Assembly (NCBI GenBank): GCA_036785375.1
Contig: JAWMAR010004569.1
Coordinates: forward strand, 1 to 46,357
Direction of reading: 5' to 3'
DNA length: 46,357 nucleotides
From: Leucoraja ocellata
Taxonomy: Eukaryota
Position numbers and translations under genes: made by a program. Of the stretch, positions 12,369 to 23,800 are shown in pieces (position 1 is the first letter of the stretch; every line of letters begins with the position of its first letter). Below the pieces are notes generated by a model. The model made no database searches, was not told the origin of the DNA, and saw nothing but the letters and a program-made list of their open reading frames with translations.

Positions 12369-12526
12369 TTAGGCTTCTTTTGTCCGGCTGGCAAATCCAC
12401 AAGGCTCCGATGAGCGGATGATGAAAACTATTATAACGTTGATCACAATGAACGTTGCAAGTTTCACTCCCATTACCAGCAGCTGCCAACGTAATCCCCA
12501 TACAGGGCTTTCTACAGGGATCCGGC
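12369..12526 (-). CDS. Transmembrane/cytoplasmic exon of NKp30-like receptor, cassette 1: (R)RIPVESPVWGLRWQLLVMGVKLATFIVINVIIVFIIRSSEPCGFASRTKEA*
   Basis: Acceptor ttttattcctacag; phase 1 matches V donors; hydrophobic helix with Lys; TAA at 12371-12369; donor ACG|gtaaga at 12353. Confidence 0.85.
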
Positions 12527-12694
12527 CTGTAGGAATAAAACATCAAGTTCACCAATTACTTTCCCAGTTTCTTTCTGTTTCCTTCCATTCTTATACACCG
12601 AGATGTTCCCACTGCCATTGTAAACGTAGACCAATTCCCACACTTTAGTTGCCTGAACAGTAACAACAGATGTGGGAATCTTGCATAGAATTCA

Positions 12695-13340
12695 AAGTGC
12701 ATGAGTAAATCAACGGGTCAGGCAGCATCTGTGGAGAACATGGATAGGTGACGTTTCACAAAGTGCTGGAGTAACTCAGCGGGACAGGCAGCATCTGTGG
12801 AGAACATGGATAGGTGATTTCACAGAGTGCCGGGATAACTCAGCAGGTCAGGCAGCATCTGCGGAGAACATGGGTAGGTGACGTTTCACAGAGCGCTGGA
12901 GTAACTCAGCGGGTAAGGCAGCATCTGTGGAGAACATGTATAGGTGACGTTTCACAGAGTGCTGGAGTAACTCAGCGGGTCAGGCACCATCTGTGGAAAA
13001 CATGGATAGGTGACGTTTCACAGAGTGCTGGAGTAACTCAGCGGGTCAGGCAGCATCTTTGGAGAACATGTATAGGTGACGTTTCACAGAGTGCTGGAGT
13101 AACTCAGCAGGTCAGGCAGCATCTGTGGAGAACATGTATAGGTAACGTTTCACAGAGTGCTGGAGTAACTCAGCGGGTCAGGTAGCATCTGTGGAGAACA
13201 TGGATAGGTGACGTTTCACAGAGTGCTGGGGTAACTCAGCGGGTCAGGCAGCATCTGTGGAGAACATGGATAGGTGACGTTTCACAGAGTGCTGGAGTAA
13301 CTCAGCGGGTCAGGCAGCATCTGTGGAGAACATGTATAGG
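12695..13340. repeat. 66-bp tandem repeat (~10 copies) derived from a Penelope-type terminal repeat
   Basis: Unit TCACAGAGTGCTGGAGTAACTCAGCGGGTCAGGCAGCATCTGTGGAGAACATGGATAGGTGACGTT; inverted copy at ~13531-13592. Confidence 0.95.
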
Positions 13341-13483
13341 ATTCCTCTTCTTGCGTATGGCGTGCATTGCCCAAAGTTGTTGGACAACTTGTTCTATTTG
13401 ATCTTGTTTGATTGTGCACACCAGGTTGATTGCATTCGTCGAAACAGGGCGGGCCACGTGAAGGTTGCAATCTCCAAACCCCG
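13341..13483 (-). mobile_element. ~143-bp ribozyme-headed non-autonomous retroelement
   Basis: TSD TGTATAGG at 13333-13340 and 13484-13491; 5' HDV-like fold; 3' end GCAAGAAGAGG. Confidence 0.7.
13428..13482 (-). ncRNA. Minimal HDV/CPEB3-like self-cleaving ribozyme motif (one P3 mismatch)
   Basis: GGGGTTTGG-A-GATTGCA(P2)-ACC(P3)-TTCACGT(L3)-GGC-CCGCCCT(P1')-GT-TTCGA-CGAA-TGCAATC(P2'). Confidence 0.7.
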
Positions 13484-13919
13484 TGTATAGGCGACATTTC
13501 AGGTCGGCACCCTTCTTCAGCATTCCACAATGTCACCTATCCATGTTCTCCACAGATGCTGCCTTGCCCGCTGAGTTACTCCAGCACTTTGTGTATTTTT
13601 GTTTGTAACCCCGCATCTGCTGTTCCTTTTATCTCCACCTTGATTGCTTGAGGGAATAGCCGAAGCAGCTACTGCCTCTGAGGGCCAGTATCCCGGTCTC
13701 AATGCTAACTGCCGGTGTGGAGTTTGCACGTTCTCCGTGTTATTCCCTGTGTTTCCCCTGGGCGTTACTGCTTCCTCTCTCATCCCAAAGACGTGCGTCC
13801 TGATAGGTAATGAACAGGTGTAATTTACCCCTGATATATGGAGGAGTCGGAGTGAGCGGAGCGTGCATGTGAATTAAGGAGGAACTGGATTGCGCTTCGA
13901 TGGAAAGAATAGTCGGTGT

Positions 13920-14380
13920 ATGGAGCAAGCTGCCAGAGGTCGTTGAGGCTGGGACTATCCCATCGTTTAAGAAGCAGTTGGACAGGTACATGGATAGGAC
14001 AGGTTTTGTGGGATATTGACCAGGCGCAGGCAGGTGGGACTAGTGTAGCTGGGACATTGTTGGCCGGTGTGGGCAATAGACAATAGACAATAGGTGCAGG
14101 AGGAGGCCATTCGGCCCTTCAAGCCAGCACCGCCATTCACTGTGATCATGGCTGATCATCCACAATCATTGCCCCGTTCCTGCCTTCTCCCCATATCCCT
14201 TGACTCCGTTATCTTTATATCTCTATCTAACTCTCTCTTGAACGCATCCAGAGAACCGGCCTCCACTGCCTTAAGACGCTGAGAATTCCACAGATTCACA
14301 ACTCTCTGGGTGAAAATGTGTTTTCTGATCTCAGTCCTAAATGGCCTACCCGTTATTCTTAAACTGTGTCCCATGGTTCC
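13920..14380. mobile_element. Two tail-to-tail CR1-type 3' ends
   Basis: Plus-strand 3' end to ~14074, then minus-strand 3' end GHSLRITGRPFRTE with (AATAGAC)n tail. Confidence 0.75.
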
Positions 14381-14507
14381 TCCATATATAATTAATGTCT
14401 GTGCCTATATCTGAACTGACAAAGCTCGGTTATTCAGGCGTGTAGTGGCCGGTGTTGAGAATGTTTTTTAGAACAGTAAAGACACATTTAAGGTAACGCA
14501 AACTTAC

Positions 14508-14840
14508 GTGTGACCGTGACATCTGTGCCGTGACCATTATATATTTCCCCTGGGAAAACACTCACTCGGCAGTAATACCTTCCTATATCGTTGACTTTGA
14601 GGTCAGTGATTTCGATGGATTATTTTAGAATTCCCGGTGAATTATTTTTCAGAACGCGACCATAATAGTCGCCGCTCGTGTTGGAAACGGCACGAGTTTC
14701 CACGTCTTTGTACCAACTAAAGGCCCCAACTGAACTGCTTGTGTTGCCAACAAATGCACAGTTTAGCCGCACAGTCCCGCCTTCAGTAACTGTGATCTGC
14801 TTCGGTGATTGTATGATCGATTCATCGGATCCAACAGCAC
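14508..14840 (-). pseudogene. NKp30-like VJ-type Ig V exon A1, disabled
   Basis: 333 nt; acceptor CAT instead of CAG; in-frame TAA at 14622-14620; donor C|gtaagt intact. Confidence 0.9.
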
Positions 14841-15294
14841 ATGAAACCAGAAATAATATTATAGTCTCGGCGCTGGCCTTTCGGCCCACCCCGTCAATGC
14901 CATCCATTACACCTATCTACACAATCCCATTTACTCGCGTTAGGATCATGGCCTTTCTCTGTCTCAGCGTTTCAAGTACTTGGCAAGACGCCTCTTAAAT
15001 GTCGTGAGACAACCCGGGCGTGGCAAACATTGACGCCAAGAGAGACAACCTGACTGCTCAACACCCGGCTTGAGATCTAACTATTCCTTTATTTATTCAT
15101 GTTTCATTCGCAAGAAGAAGAACTACAGCTATAAATCACCCCTGGTTTATGGAGGAGTCGGAGTGACTGGAGCGTGAATGTGAATTTAGAGGGAACTGGT
15201 TTGCTGTTCGATGGGGGAAAAATGGCTTCTTGCCTCGTTCTAGAAATGGGGATTTCGCCCACAATGGACAATAATCACTTTGGTTTAGTTTAGT

Positions 15295-15580
15295 TTAGAG
15301 ATACAGAGCGGATACAGGCCCTTCGGCCCACCGAGTCCGCTGCGATCAATGTTCCCAGCAAAATAATGCTATTCTACACACATTAAGGACAATTTAATTT
15401 TTTACCGAGGCCAATTTCCCTACAAACCAGTACGTCTTTGGAGTGTGGGAGGAAAACGGAGCTCCCGGTGAAACCCACACAGGGGGAACGTAAACTCCGT
15501 ACAGACAGAACCCGTAGTCAGGATCGAACCCGGCGTCCCTGGCGCTGTAAAGCAGCAACTCTACCGCCGCGCCACCGTGT
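15295..15580 (-). mobile_element. tRNA-derived SINE
   Basis: Reverse complement of the 3955 family; A and B boxes. Confidence 0.85.
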
Positions 15581-15789
15581 TGCCCCTCTCTCCAGCTTTC
15601 CTGAACCCACTGTACTTTCCTTACAGTTCCTCCATCTTTCCCGCCAGATTATGGTCATATGTTTGTTTTTCCGATTTTGTGCTTCAACATTCATGGATGT
15701 TACAGCGTCGAAAGCGACCATGAAATCGGCACGGATTATATCAAATGATGCACCGATTCTCTCTTCATCCCGTACACTGCTGCACAGTC

Positions 15790-16430
15790 TCTGGCCCAGA
15801 GTAGGGGAATCGAGGACCAGAGAACACAGGTTCAAGGTGAAGGGGGAAAGATTCAGTAGGAATCCGATGGGTAATTTTTTCGCCTTGAGGGCGCTCGATT
15901 TATGGAACAAGCTGCCAGAGGAGGTCGTTGAGGCTGGGACATTCCCATCGTTTAAGAAGCAGTTGGACAGGTACATGGATAGGACATGTTTGGAGGGATA
16001 TGGACCAGGCGCAGGCAGTTGGGACTAGTGTAGATGGGACATTGTTGGCCGGTGTGGGCAAGTTGAGCCGAAGGGCCTGTTTCCACACTGTATCACTCTG
16101 TGACTGATCTTGCACATTGGAATTTAAAAAAAAGAAATATAGAAAACTAGGTGCAGACGTAGGCCATTCGGCCCTTCCAGCCAGCACCGCCATTCAATAT
16201 GATCATCTGAAATCAGTACCCCGTTCCTGCATTCTCCCCATATCTCTTGATTCCGTTAGCCCTAAGAGCTAAATCTCCCTCCCTCTTTAAAACATCCAGT
16301 GAATCAGCCTCCACTGCCTTCTGTGGCAGAGAATTCCACAGATTCACAACTCTCTGGGTGAAAAGATGTGTCCTCGTCTCCGTTCTAAATGGCCTCCCCC
16401 TTATTTTCAAACTGTGTCCCCTGGTTCCTA
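15790..16430. mobile_element. Two tail-to-tail CR1-type 3' ends
   Basis: Paralogous to 13920-14380. Confidence 0.75.
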
Positions 16431-16530
16431 AATCGGATCTGACAACGTTTCGTTGTTGAGACGTGCGGTGGCCGGTGTTAAGGATGTTTTTGAGAACAGT
16501 AAAGACAAAGTTAAGATAACGCAAACTTAC

Positions 16531-16860
16531 GTGTGACTGTGACATCTGTGCCGTGACCATTATATATTTCCCCTGTGAAAACACGCACTCGGCAGTAATA
16601 CCTTCCTGTCTCGTTCATTTTGAGGTCAGTGATTTCGATGGACACTTTTAGAATCCCCGGTGAAATACTTGTTCGAACGCGGCCATAATAGTCGCCGCTC
16701 GTGTTGGAAACGGCCCGAGTTTCCACGTCTTTGTACCAACTAAAGGCCACAATTATATTCGGGTTCCCAACAAATGCACAGTTTAGCCGCACAGTCCCGC
16801 CTTCAGTAACTGTGATCTGTTTCGGTGATTGTATGATCGATTCATCGGATCCAACAGCAC
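16531..16860 (-). CDS. NCR3: NKp30/NCR3-like VJ-type Ig V exon B1, intact
   Basis: 330 nt, phase 1-1, ttccag|...C|gtaagt; canonical C, W, E-x-G-x-Y-Y-C and GHGTDVTV G strand; resembles NKp30 (C.F...W.KD...V.N...GR...YYCRV.V...G.GT...V). Family-level call, orthology not shown. Confidence 0.8.
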
Positions 16861-16879
16861 CTGGAACCAGAAATAATAT

Positions 16880-17355
16880 TTCTCCTGCATTGTCAGAGTG
16901 AGGCTAAATGCAAATTGGAGGAGCAGCATCTCATATTTGGTTTGGGCAGTTTACACCCCAGTGGTATGAATATTGATTTCTCTCACTTCAAGTAATTCCG
17001 GCATCCTCTCTCTCTCTCCCCCCCCCCCCCCCTCCCACCCCCACCCAAGTCGCACCAGCTTCTCGTTATCACCCAACACACAGCGAACAATGGCCTGTTA
17101 CCTTTATCATGGTTACTTTTCTCAGACAATCATGACAATAAAACTCATTTGAATCTTGACTGCTGACACCCTTTGCATATATGTCATTCATTATATCTCT
17201 CTATATCATCGCCTATATCTCTCGTTTCCCTTATCCCTAACCAGTCTGAAGAAGGATCTCGACCCAAAACGTCACACATTCCTTCTCTCCAGAGATGCTT
17301 CCTGTCCCGCTGAGTTTCTCCAGTTTTTTGTGTCTGCAGTTCCATCCAACACACA
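16880..17355 (+). mobile_element. Penelope-like 3' fragment with terminal repeat and degenerate hammerhead
   Basis: LLHCQSEAKCKLEEQHLIFGLGSLHPSGMNIDFSHFK*; CTGAAGA...AAAACGTC at 17246-17273. Confidence 0.7.
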
Positions 17356-17427
17356 AAGGCCAGTGGAGTCGGATTAAGAATGTTTTTTAAGAACAGTAAA
17401 GATAAAGTTAAGGTTCTGCAAACTTAC

Positions 17428-17751
17428 GTGTGACCGTGACATCTGTGCCGTGACCATGATATGTTCCCACTGCGAAAACACTCACTAGGCAGTAATACCT
17501 TCCTGTATCGTTCATTTTGAGGCCAGTGATTTCGATGGACACTTTTAGAATTCCCTGTGAATTATTTTTCAGAACGCGACCATAATAGTCGCCGCTCCTG
17601 TTGGAAACGGCACGAGTTTCCACGTCTTTGTACCAACTAATGAAACCAATTGCCTTGGCAACAAATGCACAGTTTAGCCGCACAGTCCCGCCTTCAGTAA
17701 CTGTGATCTGCTTCGGTGATTGTATGATCGATTCATCGGATCCAACAGCAC
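17428..17751 (-). CDS. NCR3: NKp30/NCR3-like VJ-type Ig V exon C1, intact
   Basis: 324 nt, phase 1-1, tttcag|...C|gtaagt; GAVGSDESIIQSP...CAFVAKAIGFISWYKD...YYCLVSVFAVGTYHGHGTDVTVT. Confidence 0.8.
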
Positions 17752-17918
17752 CTGAAACCAGAAAGAATATTATAGTCTCGGTGCTGGCCTTTCGGCCCAC
17801 CCCGTCAATGCCATCCATTACACCTATCTACACAATCCCATTTACTCGCGTTAGGATCATGGCCTTTCTATGTCTCAGCGTTTCAAGTTCCTGGCGAGAC
17901 GCCTCTTAATGTCGGGAG

Positions 17919-18356
17919 NNNNNNNNNNNNNNNNNNNNNNNNNNNNNNNNNNNNNNNNNNNNNNNNNNNNNNNNNNNNNNNNNNNNNNNNNNNNNNNNNN
18001 NNNNNNNNNNNNNNNNNNNNNNNNNNNNNNNNNNNNNNNNNNNNNNNNNNNNNNNNNNNNNNNNNNNNNNNNNNNNNNNNNNNNNNNNNNNNNNNNNNNN
18101 NNTCTCTCTATCCNNNNNNNNNNNNNNNNNNNNNNNNNNNNNNNNNNNNNNNNNNNNNNNNNNNNNNNNNNNNNNNNNNNNNNNNNNNNNNNNNNNNNNN
18201 NNNNNNNNNNNNNNNNNNNNNNNNNNNNNNNNNNNNNNNNNNNNNNNNNNNNNNNNNNNNNNNNNNNNNNNNNNNNNNNNNNNNNNNNNNNNNNNNNNNN
18301 NNNNNNNNNNNNNNNNNNNNNNNNNNNNNNNNNNNNNNNNNNNNNNNNNNNNNNNN
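17919..18356. other. N gap or masked tract with a CT island; hides the 3' end of the leader exon
   Basis: Ns; same position as the gap in unit 2. Confidence 0.95.
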
Positions 18357-18387
18357 GAAAGAACCAAGCGACCACACTCCACTGCAT
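18357..18387 (-). CDS. Signal-peptide exon (partial) of cassette 1: MQWSVVAWFF(L)...
   Basis: AAAGATGC start context; upstream acceptor tttgtgtttgtttccgcccacag at 18403-18402; hydrophobic; coding part identical in unit 2. Confidence 0.65.
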
Positions 18388-18861
18388 CTTTGAACGACTA
18401 CCTGTGGGCGGAAACAAACACAAAAACAGGCCAGGCAGCATCTGCGGAAGAAATGGGAAATCCGTCTGAAGAGAGGTCCAGACCCGAAACGTCGCCTGTC
18501 CATATTCTCCAGAGATGCTTCCTGACGCGCTGATCCATTTTGTCACGTTACAACCACAAACGCAAATGTATTTTATTGGGATTTTATGTGATAGACCAAC
18601 ACAAAGTGGCGCATAATTGTGAAGTGGAAGGAAAATTATACATGGTTTTCAATTTTTTTACAAATAAAAGACTTCCGGTGGCGGCATGCTTTGCTAGCAG
18701 TCGCAAATCTTTTAGCTCCGCTGAAAAAATCGCGATTTTTCGCGTTAAAATCGGGTTTGGAGGTCGGGACCGATCTTAAAGACTTACCGGAGTTTCATGT
18801 CGCGGTGCTGATGACGTCATCAGTAAGCGCCGTGGATTTAACGGAGGGAAACCGATTTTAA

Positions 18862-19875
18862 ATGAAAAAGACATCTACAGGTCAGAGCCCTCAGAGGAAA
18901 GTGTCAAAACAACTGCTGAAGTCTCAAGAACACCAAGAAACTGCAACACTAACCTCTGGAGTGGATTCTGGAATGGCTACACGATCTAAGACTGAGTTGA
19001 TCACAAAAGAGAAAACTGAAATGGAGGAATTAAAGAACTCGGTAAGAGATTTGAAAGAAGATGTGAAAGCTGGAAATTTAAACTTGATTGCTGGTAATGA
19101 AAAAATACTCGCGGGCATTGGCGCTCTGCAAAAAAAAGTTGATGATGTGCAAGAAGAGCTCACGGGGAAAATTACTAAGGTGGCAGAAGAGTCCACAAAG
19201 ATGTTTGAGGCTGTGCATGAAACTATTTCCGCAAATGCAAATGCAGTGAAAGATTTGGAAGCTGTTGTGGAAGAGATGGCTGGAGAAATGGAGGCAATGA
19301 AGTTAGAATTAGACAGCCTCAAGAGCCAATTTACAAAAGTATCTGATAAATGTGTTGATCTAGAAGCTCGCTCAAGACGTCAAAATATACGAATACGTGG
19401 AGTGAAAGAGGGAGCTGAGGGGGAAAACGCCCGTGAGTTCACTGCCAATTTAATTAAACATGTACTCAATTTACCTGAAGCACCAGTAATTGAAGAAGCA
19501 CATCGAGTACCTAGATTCAAGCCAAGATTCACTGGAGAACAAGCCTACCCACGACAGATTATAGTCAAACTTCGGGATATCCCAACAGTGGAAGCGCTGT
19601 TGAAAAAAATTAAATACGGAGAGAAGATGATATATGGAAATGATTCTATTAAACTTCTACGGGACTACCCTTATGAGATTGTGCTAAAGAGAAGAAAGTT
19701 CTCACAGACCAGAGAAGTTCTCTACGGTGTCAAGGGCGTCATATCTGGTGTGTTTTATCCGGCGAGGATGGGTATCACTTTTAAGGGAATCTCAAAAACA
19801 TTCACCAATCCGCTAGAATCTCTTAAATACGCAAAAGAAATCGTTGTTAAGGCAGCAGCAGCAGAAGAAGATTGA
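18862..19875 (+). CDS. L1 ORF1p (coiled coil, RRM, CTD)
   Basis: 337 aa open; LEARSRRQNIRIRGVKEG, IEEAHRV, PRQIIVKL, FYPARM. Confidence 0.93.
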   Translation: MKKTSTGQSPQRKVSKQLLKSQEHQETATLTSGVDSGMATRSKTELITKEKTEMEELKNSVRDLKEDVKAGNLNLIAGNEKILAGIGALQKKVDDVQEELTGKITKVAEESTKMFEAVHETISANANAVKDLEAVVEEMAGEMEAMKLELDSLKSQFTKVSDKCVDLEARSRRQNIRIRGVKEGAEGENAREFTANLIKHVLNLPEAPVIEEAHRVPRFKPRFTGEQAYPRQIIVKLRDIPTVEALLKKIKYGEKMIYGNDSIKLLRDYPYEIVLKRRKFSQTREVLYGVKGVISGVFYPARMGITFKGISKTFTNPLESLKYAKEIVVKAAAAEED

Positions 19876-20805
19876 TCACCAGACGTCAGGACTTAATTAA
19901 TGTGCTTATTCCCCTAACAAGAATATTAGTAGAAAATGTAAAAAGTGAATACCATCAAGATTTAAAAATGGCTATTTGCAGCAGATTTTCCATGAGGCTT
20001 GTCTAGACATTATAATCTTCTCTCGAATTTAATTCAAGGACATCCGATGTTTAAACCAGGAAAACAGATATAAGCACATCTGCCGAAGCTGAGAGAGAGT
20101 GAAAAACATCACATGGCCTTCCTACAGATTTTCATAGATTGTGTAAATAGAGAATTATTACTAACTAATTACTAACAATACTAATACATAATACATAAAC
20201 TGTTATTAATAAATATGTGTTATAACGTAGATAACATTGTAATCTCACAGGTTTCGCAGCTCGAGTGGGGAGGGGAAGAGACTCAGGCACCTGGCTTAAT
20301 TCCAGGAGCCTGACTCTGGTTAACCCTTTCAACGAACAGCTCACTTTTAACAATACTAAAACCAATTACAAATAGTTAAGAGATAAAGAGAGGAATATGT
20401 GTAACTGAATAATTGATTAGATTTGATAAGTCGGAATGAAACATATATATATATATATATATACTGTAATGGGGTGAAATAGAACTGATTTGGAAACGGT
20501 ACCTACCCCCTAGGTTATGAGCAATAAATTCAGCGGGGCTAACCTCATAACAGCTACGCCGGAAGCAATATTGATGTCATATCCCACAGACGAGTGGGCC
20601 ACTCACTACGGTGTAGGAAATCCAGACACCGTACATCTATTTTATATACCTTTTTTTTTTACTACCACAATATGTCACATTTGTGTGTTTTTTTTTCAAG
20701 GACAATCGCAGAGGGGTACTACCAAGAAAGTCTATAATATAAATGCTTCCAAAATAACCAGAGTCCTGAGGTATGGATGCACCACAATAAGTACGGTCAT
20801 TAAAA

Positions 20806-23800
20806 TTGGTAAAAATGTATGACGACAATCAAAGGAAAATGGGAGGAGTCACACTATGTAGTTGGAATATAAGGGGTATTAATGAACCTATTAAAAGGGG
20901 CAAGATACTAGCTCAGTTGAAAGCATACAACACGGACATTTCGTTCCTACAGGAAACTCATCTTAAACATCAAGATCAGACGAGATTGAGGGCTAACTGG
21001 ATAGGCCAAACATTTCACTCTTCATTCACTTCTAAATCTAGAGGCACTGCAATTATTATCCGTAAAGGAATCCCATTTAAATCAAAGAATACTATTTCAG
21101 ATAAGGAAGGGAGATATCTTATAGTAGCAGGAGAGATCAATAATATGCCAATTACGCTGGTAAATATATATGCGCCCAATTTTGATAACCCTCAATTTTT
21201 TACTAAAATTCTGAATAAAATTGCCGAATTTAATTATCAAAATGTTATAATCGGAGGGGACTTCAACTGTGTTTTAGACCCTTATTTAGATAAATCGATG
21301 CAAAAACAAAAAGGTAATATGAAATCTAAAACCAGTGAACTCTTACATACATATATGGAAAACACAAATATATCAGATGTATGGAGGATTGCAAATCCGA
21401 CGGGAAGGGACTACTCATTCTATTCAACGGTGCATAAAACATATTCACGGATAGATTATTTTCTTGTGGATACAAAATTAATTACACACACTATGAATCC
21501 TAAATACCACATTAATGCGATTTCAGATCACTCTCCTTTAACCTTTGTTTTAAAATTAGAAGGAATGTCCATGAATAAATCGTTCTGGAGGTTTAATTCG
21601 CAACTTTTAAAAGACCCACAAGGGAGTATATATCTAAAAAAACAGATGGACTTATTCTTTGAGATAAATGATACACCAGATATATCCCCCACGCTATTAT
21701 GGGAATCCTTTAAAGCATTTATTAGAGGAGTCATTATTTCATTTCAAGCTTACCAAAATAAAAAGAATAAGAAAGAACAAAGATATTTAGAAGAACAAAT
21801 AAAACAATTAGATATAGATAATGCTAAAGATCCAACTATGGATAAACATAATAAAATCCTATTATTGAAATTCAAGCTGAATAAATTATTGTCAGAGAAA
21901 GTTATAACATTATTCCAAGTTACAAAACAAGAACACTTTGAATTCGGGGACAAACCCCACAAACTCTTAGCACGCCAGTTGAAAAAACGGGAAAAAGAGA
22001 ATGCAATACTAAAGATTAAATCAGATAGTGGGGAATTATTAACACTACCCAAGGATATCAATAAAAGATTTGCTCAATTCTACGAAAATTTATATACATC
22101 TAAAACGTCAATAGATAATAATAAAATTTCAGAATTTCTGGAAGATTGTAACCTTCCAAAATTAGAATTGAGGGAACAAGAGGAACTGGGAGCAATAATT
22201 ACTTCTAAGGAGATAGAAGACACAATAAAAACACTAAAGAATGGTAAAACACCAGGACCAGATGGATTCAGTAGTGAATTCTATAAAGCCTTTTATGATA
22301 TAGTTACCCCACGATTACAGAAAATGTATACACACGCTTTTAAAGAGCAAAGCTTACCCGAAACATTAGCAGAATCAACGATCACATTAATACTTAAAAA
22401 AGATAAAAACATAGAAGAACCAGGTTCATATAGAGCTATTGCTTTGTTAAATACGGATCAAAAAATAATAGCGAAAACACTAGCCAGTAGATTAAGCAGG
22501 TACGTTAGTAGATTAATAAATGGAGATCAAACAGGATTTATACCTAAGAGACATTCATTTAATAATTTGAGACGTTTGCTTAACATAATGCACTCACATA
22601 AACCTCACGACCAAGAGTTATCTATTATCTCACTGGATGCAGAAAAAGCGTTTGATCAAGTAGAATGGGATTATATGATTAAAGTATTGCAAAAATTCCA
22701 ATTGGGAGAAAATTTTATCGCATGGATAAAACTATTATATAACAAACCTACGGCTAGAATATTAACTAATAATATCTTATCCTCGAAATTTGAACTATCA
22801 AGGGGCAATAGACAAGGATGCTCATTATCACCGCTGCTATTTGCTTTGATAATTGAACCCCTTGCTGAAAAAATAAGAACTCATCCGGATATTTATGGTT
22901 ATAATACAAAATACTCAAAGAATAAAATATCCCTATATGCCGATGATGTACTACTGTACATCACAAAACCACAAATTAGTATACCAAACATATTAAACTT
23001 AATAGAGGACTTTGGATCCTTTTCAGGATATAGAATAAATTGGAACAAAAGTGAAATTATGTCGATAAAACCAAAAGACTCAACACAGCTTCGGAAATTT
23101 CCCTTTAAAATAGCCACAGAAAAATTCAAATATTTGGGAATTGAAATTACTAGAAATTACCAGGATATGTTTAAAGCCAATTATAATCCTTTACTCAAGA
23201 AATTGAATAATCTGATTAAATTCTGGAAAACACTTCCGATGTCCTTAATAGGCAGAATAAATGCTATTAAAATGGTTTTCTTACCACAAATTCTATACCT
23301 ATTTCAATCAATACCTATATACCTCCCAAAAAAGTTTTTCAAAAAATTGGACTCAGACATTACAAATTTTATATGGGATTATAAATCCCATAGAATACAA
23401 ATAGCACACCTTAATAAACGAAAAGAGCTGGGGGGTCTAGCGCTCCCTAATTTTATGTATTATAACTGGGCAGTAAATATTAAAAATATGATTCACCTGC
23501 TGGACAATTCTGCACAGCAGGCGGACTGGATGGTAATGGAAAAAGGGGACTGCTCCCCGAGTAATATAGGAGCGATCATCCTCTCACCAACAAATTTGAA
23601 TAATAAAAATTATAATAAAAATCCAATTATACATAACACAATAAGAACATGGAAACAAATAAAACAGACTCTAAAATTAAGAAACCTATCTCTTTTAATA
23701 CCAATAGTCAATAATCCATCGTTTAAACCATCAATCATAGACAAATCATTTATACAATGGGAAAGAATGGGAATTAAAACGCTCGAAGATCTGTATGAAT

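Noticed and set aside
12316-12648. ORF-track ORFs 12316-12555(-) and 12418-12648(+)
   Set aside because: Wrong frame or strand; the splice-consistent frame encodes the TM segment.
12695-13340. CRISPR-like array or repeat protein ORF (12814-13185)
   Set aside because: Contiguous 66-bp units without unique spacers, derived from a dispersed eukaryotic repeat; the ORF arises because 66 is divisible by 3.
15660-15790. Unit-1-specific segment as an extra exon
   Set aside because: Translation FDIIRADFMVAFDAV resembles a decayed LINE RT motif (DF.KAFD.V) and lacks convincing splice sites.
17752-17818. MDGIDGVGRKAS... as the receptor N-terminus (also 14907, 35342, 37299)
   Set aside because: Intronic read-through from a degenerate repeat end upstream of the acceptor; not a signal peptide.
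17870-18546. Long X-containing ORFs across the gaps (also 37350-38367)
   Set aside because: Artefacts of N runs; only MQWSVVAWFF is retained.
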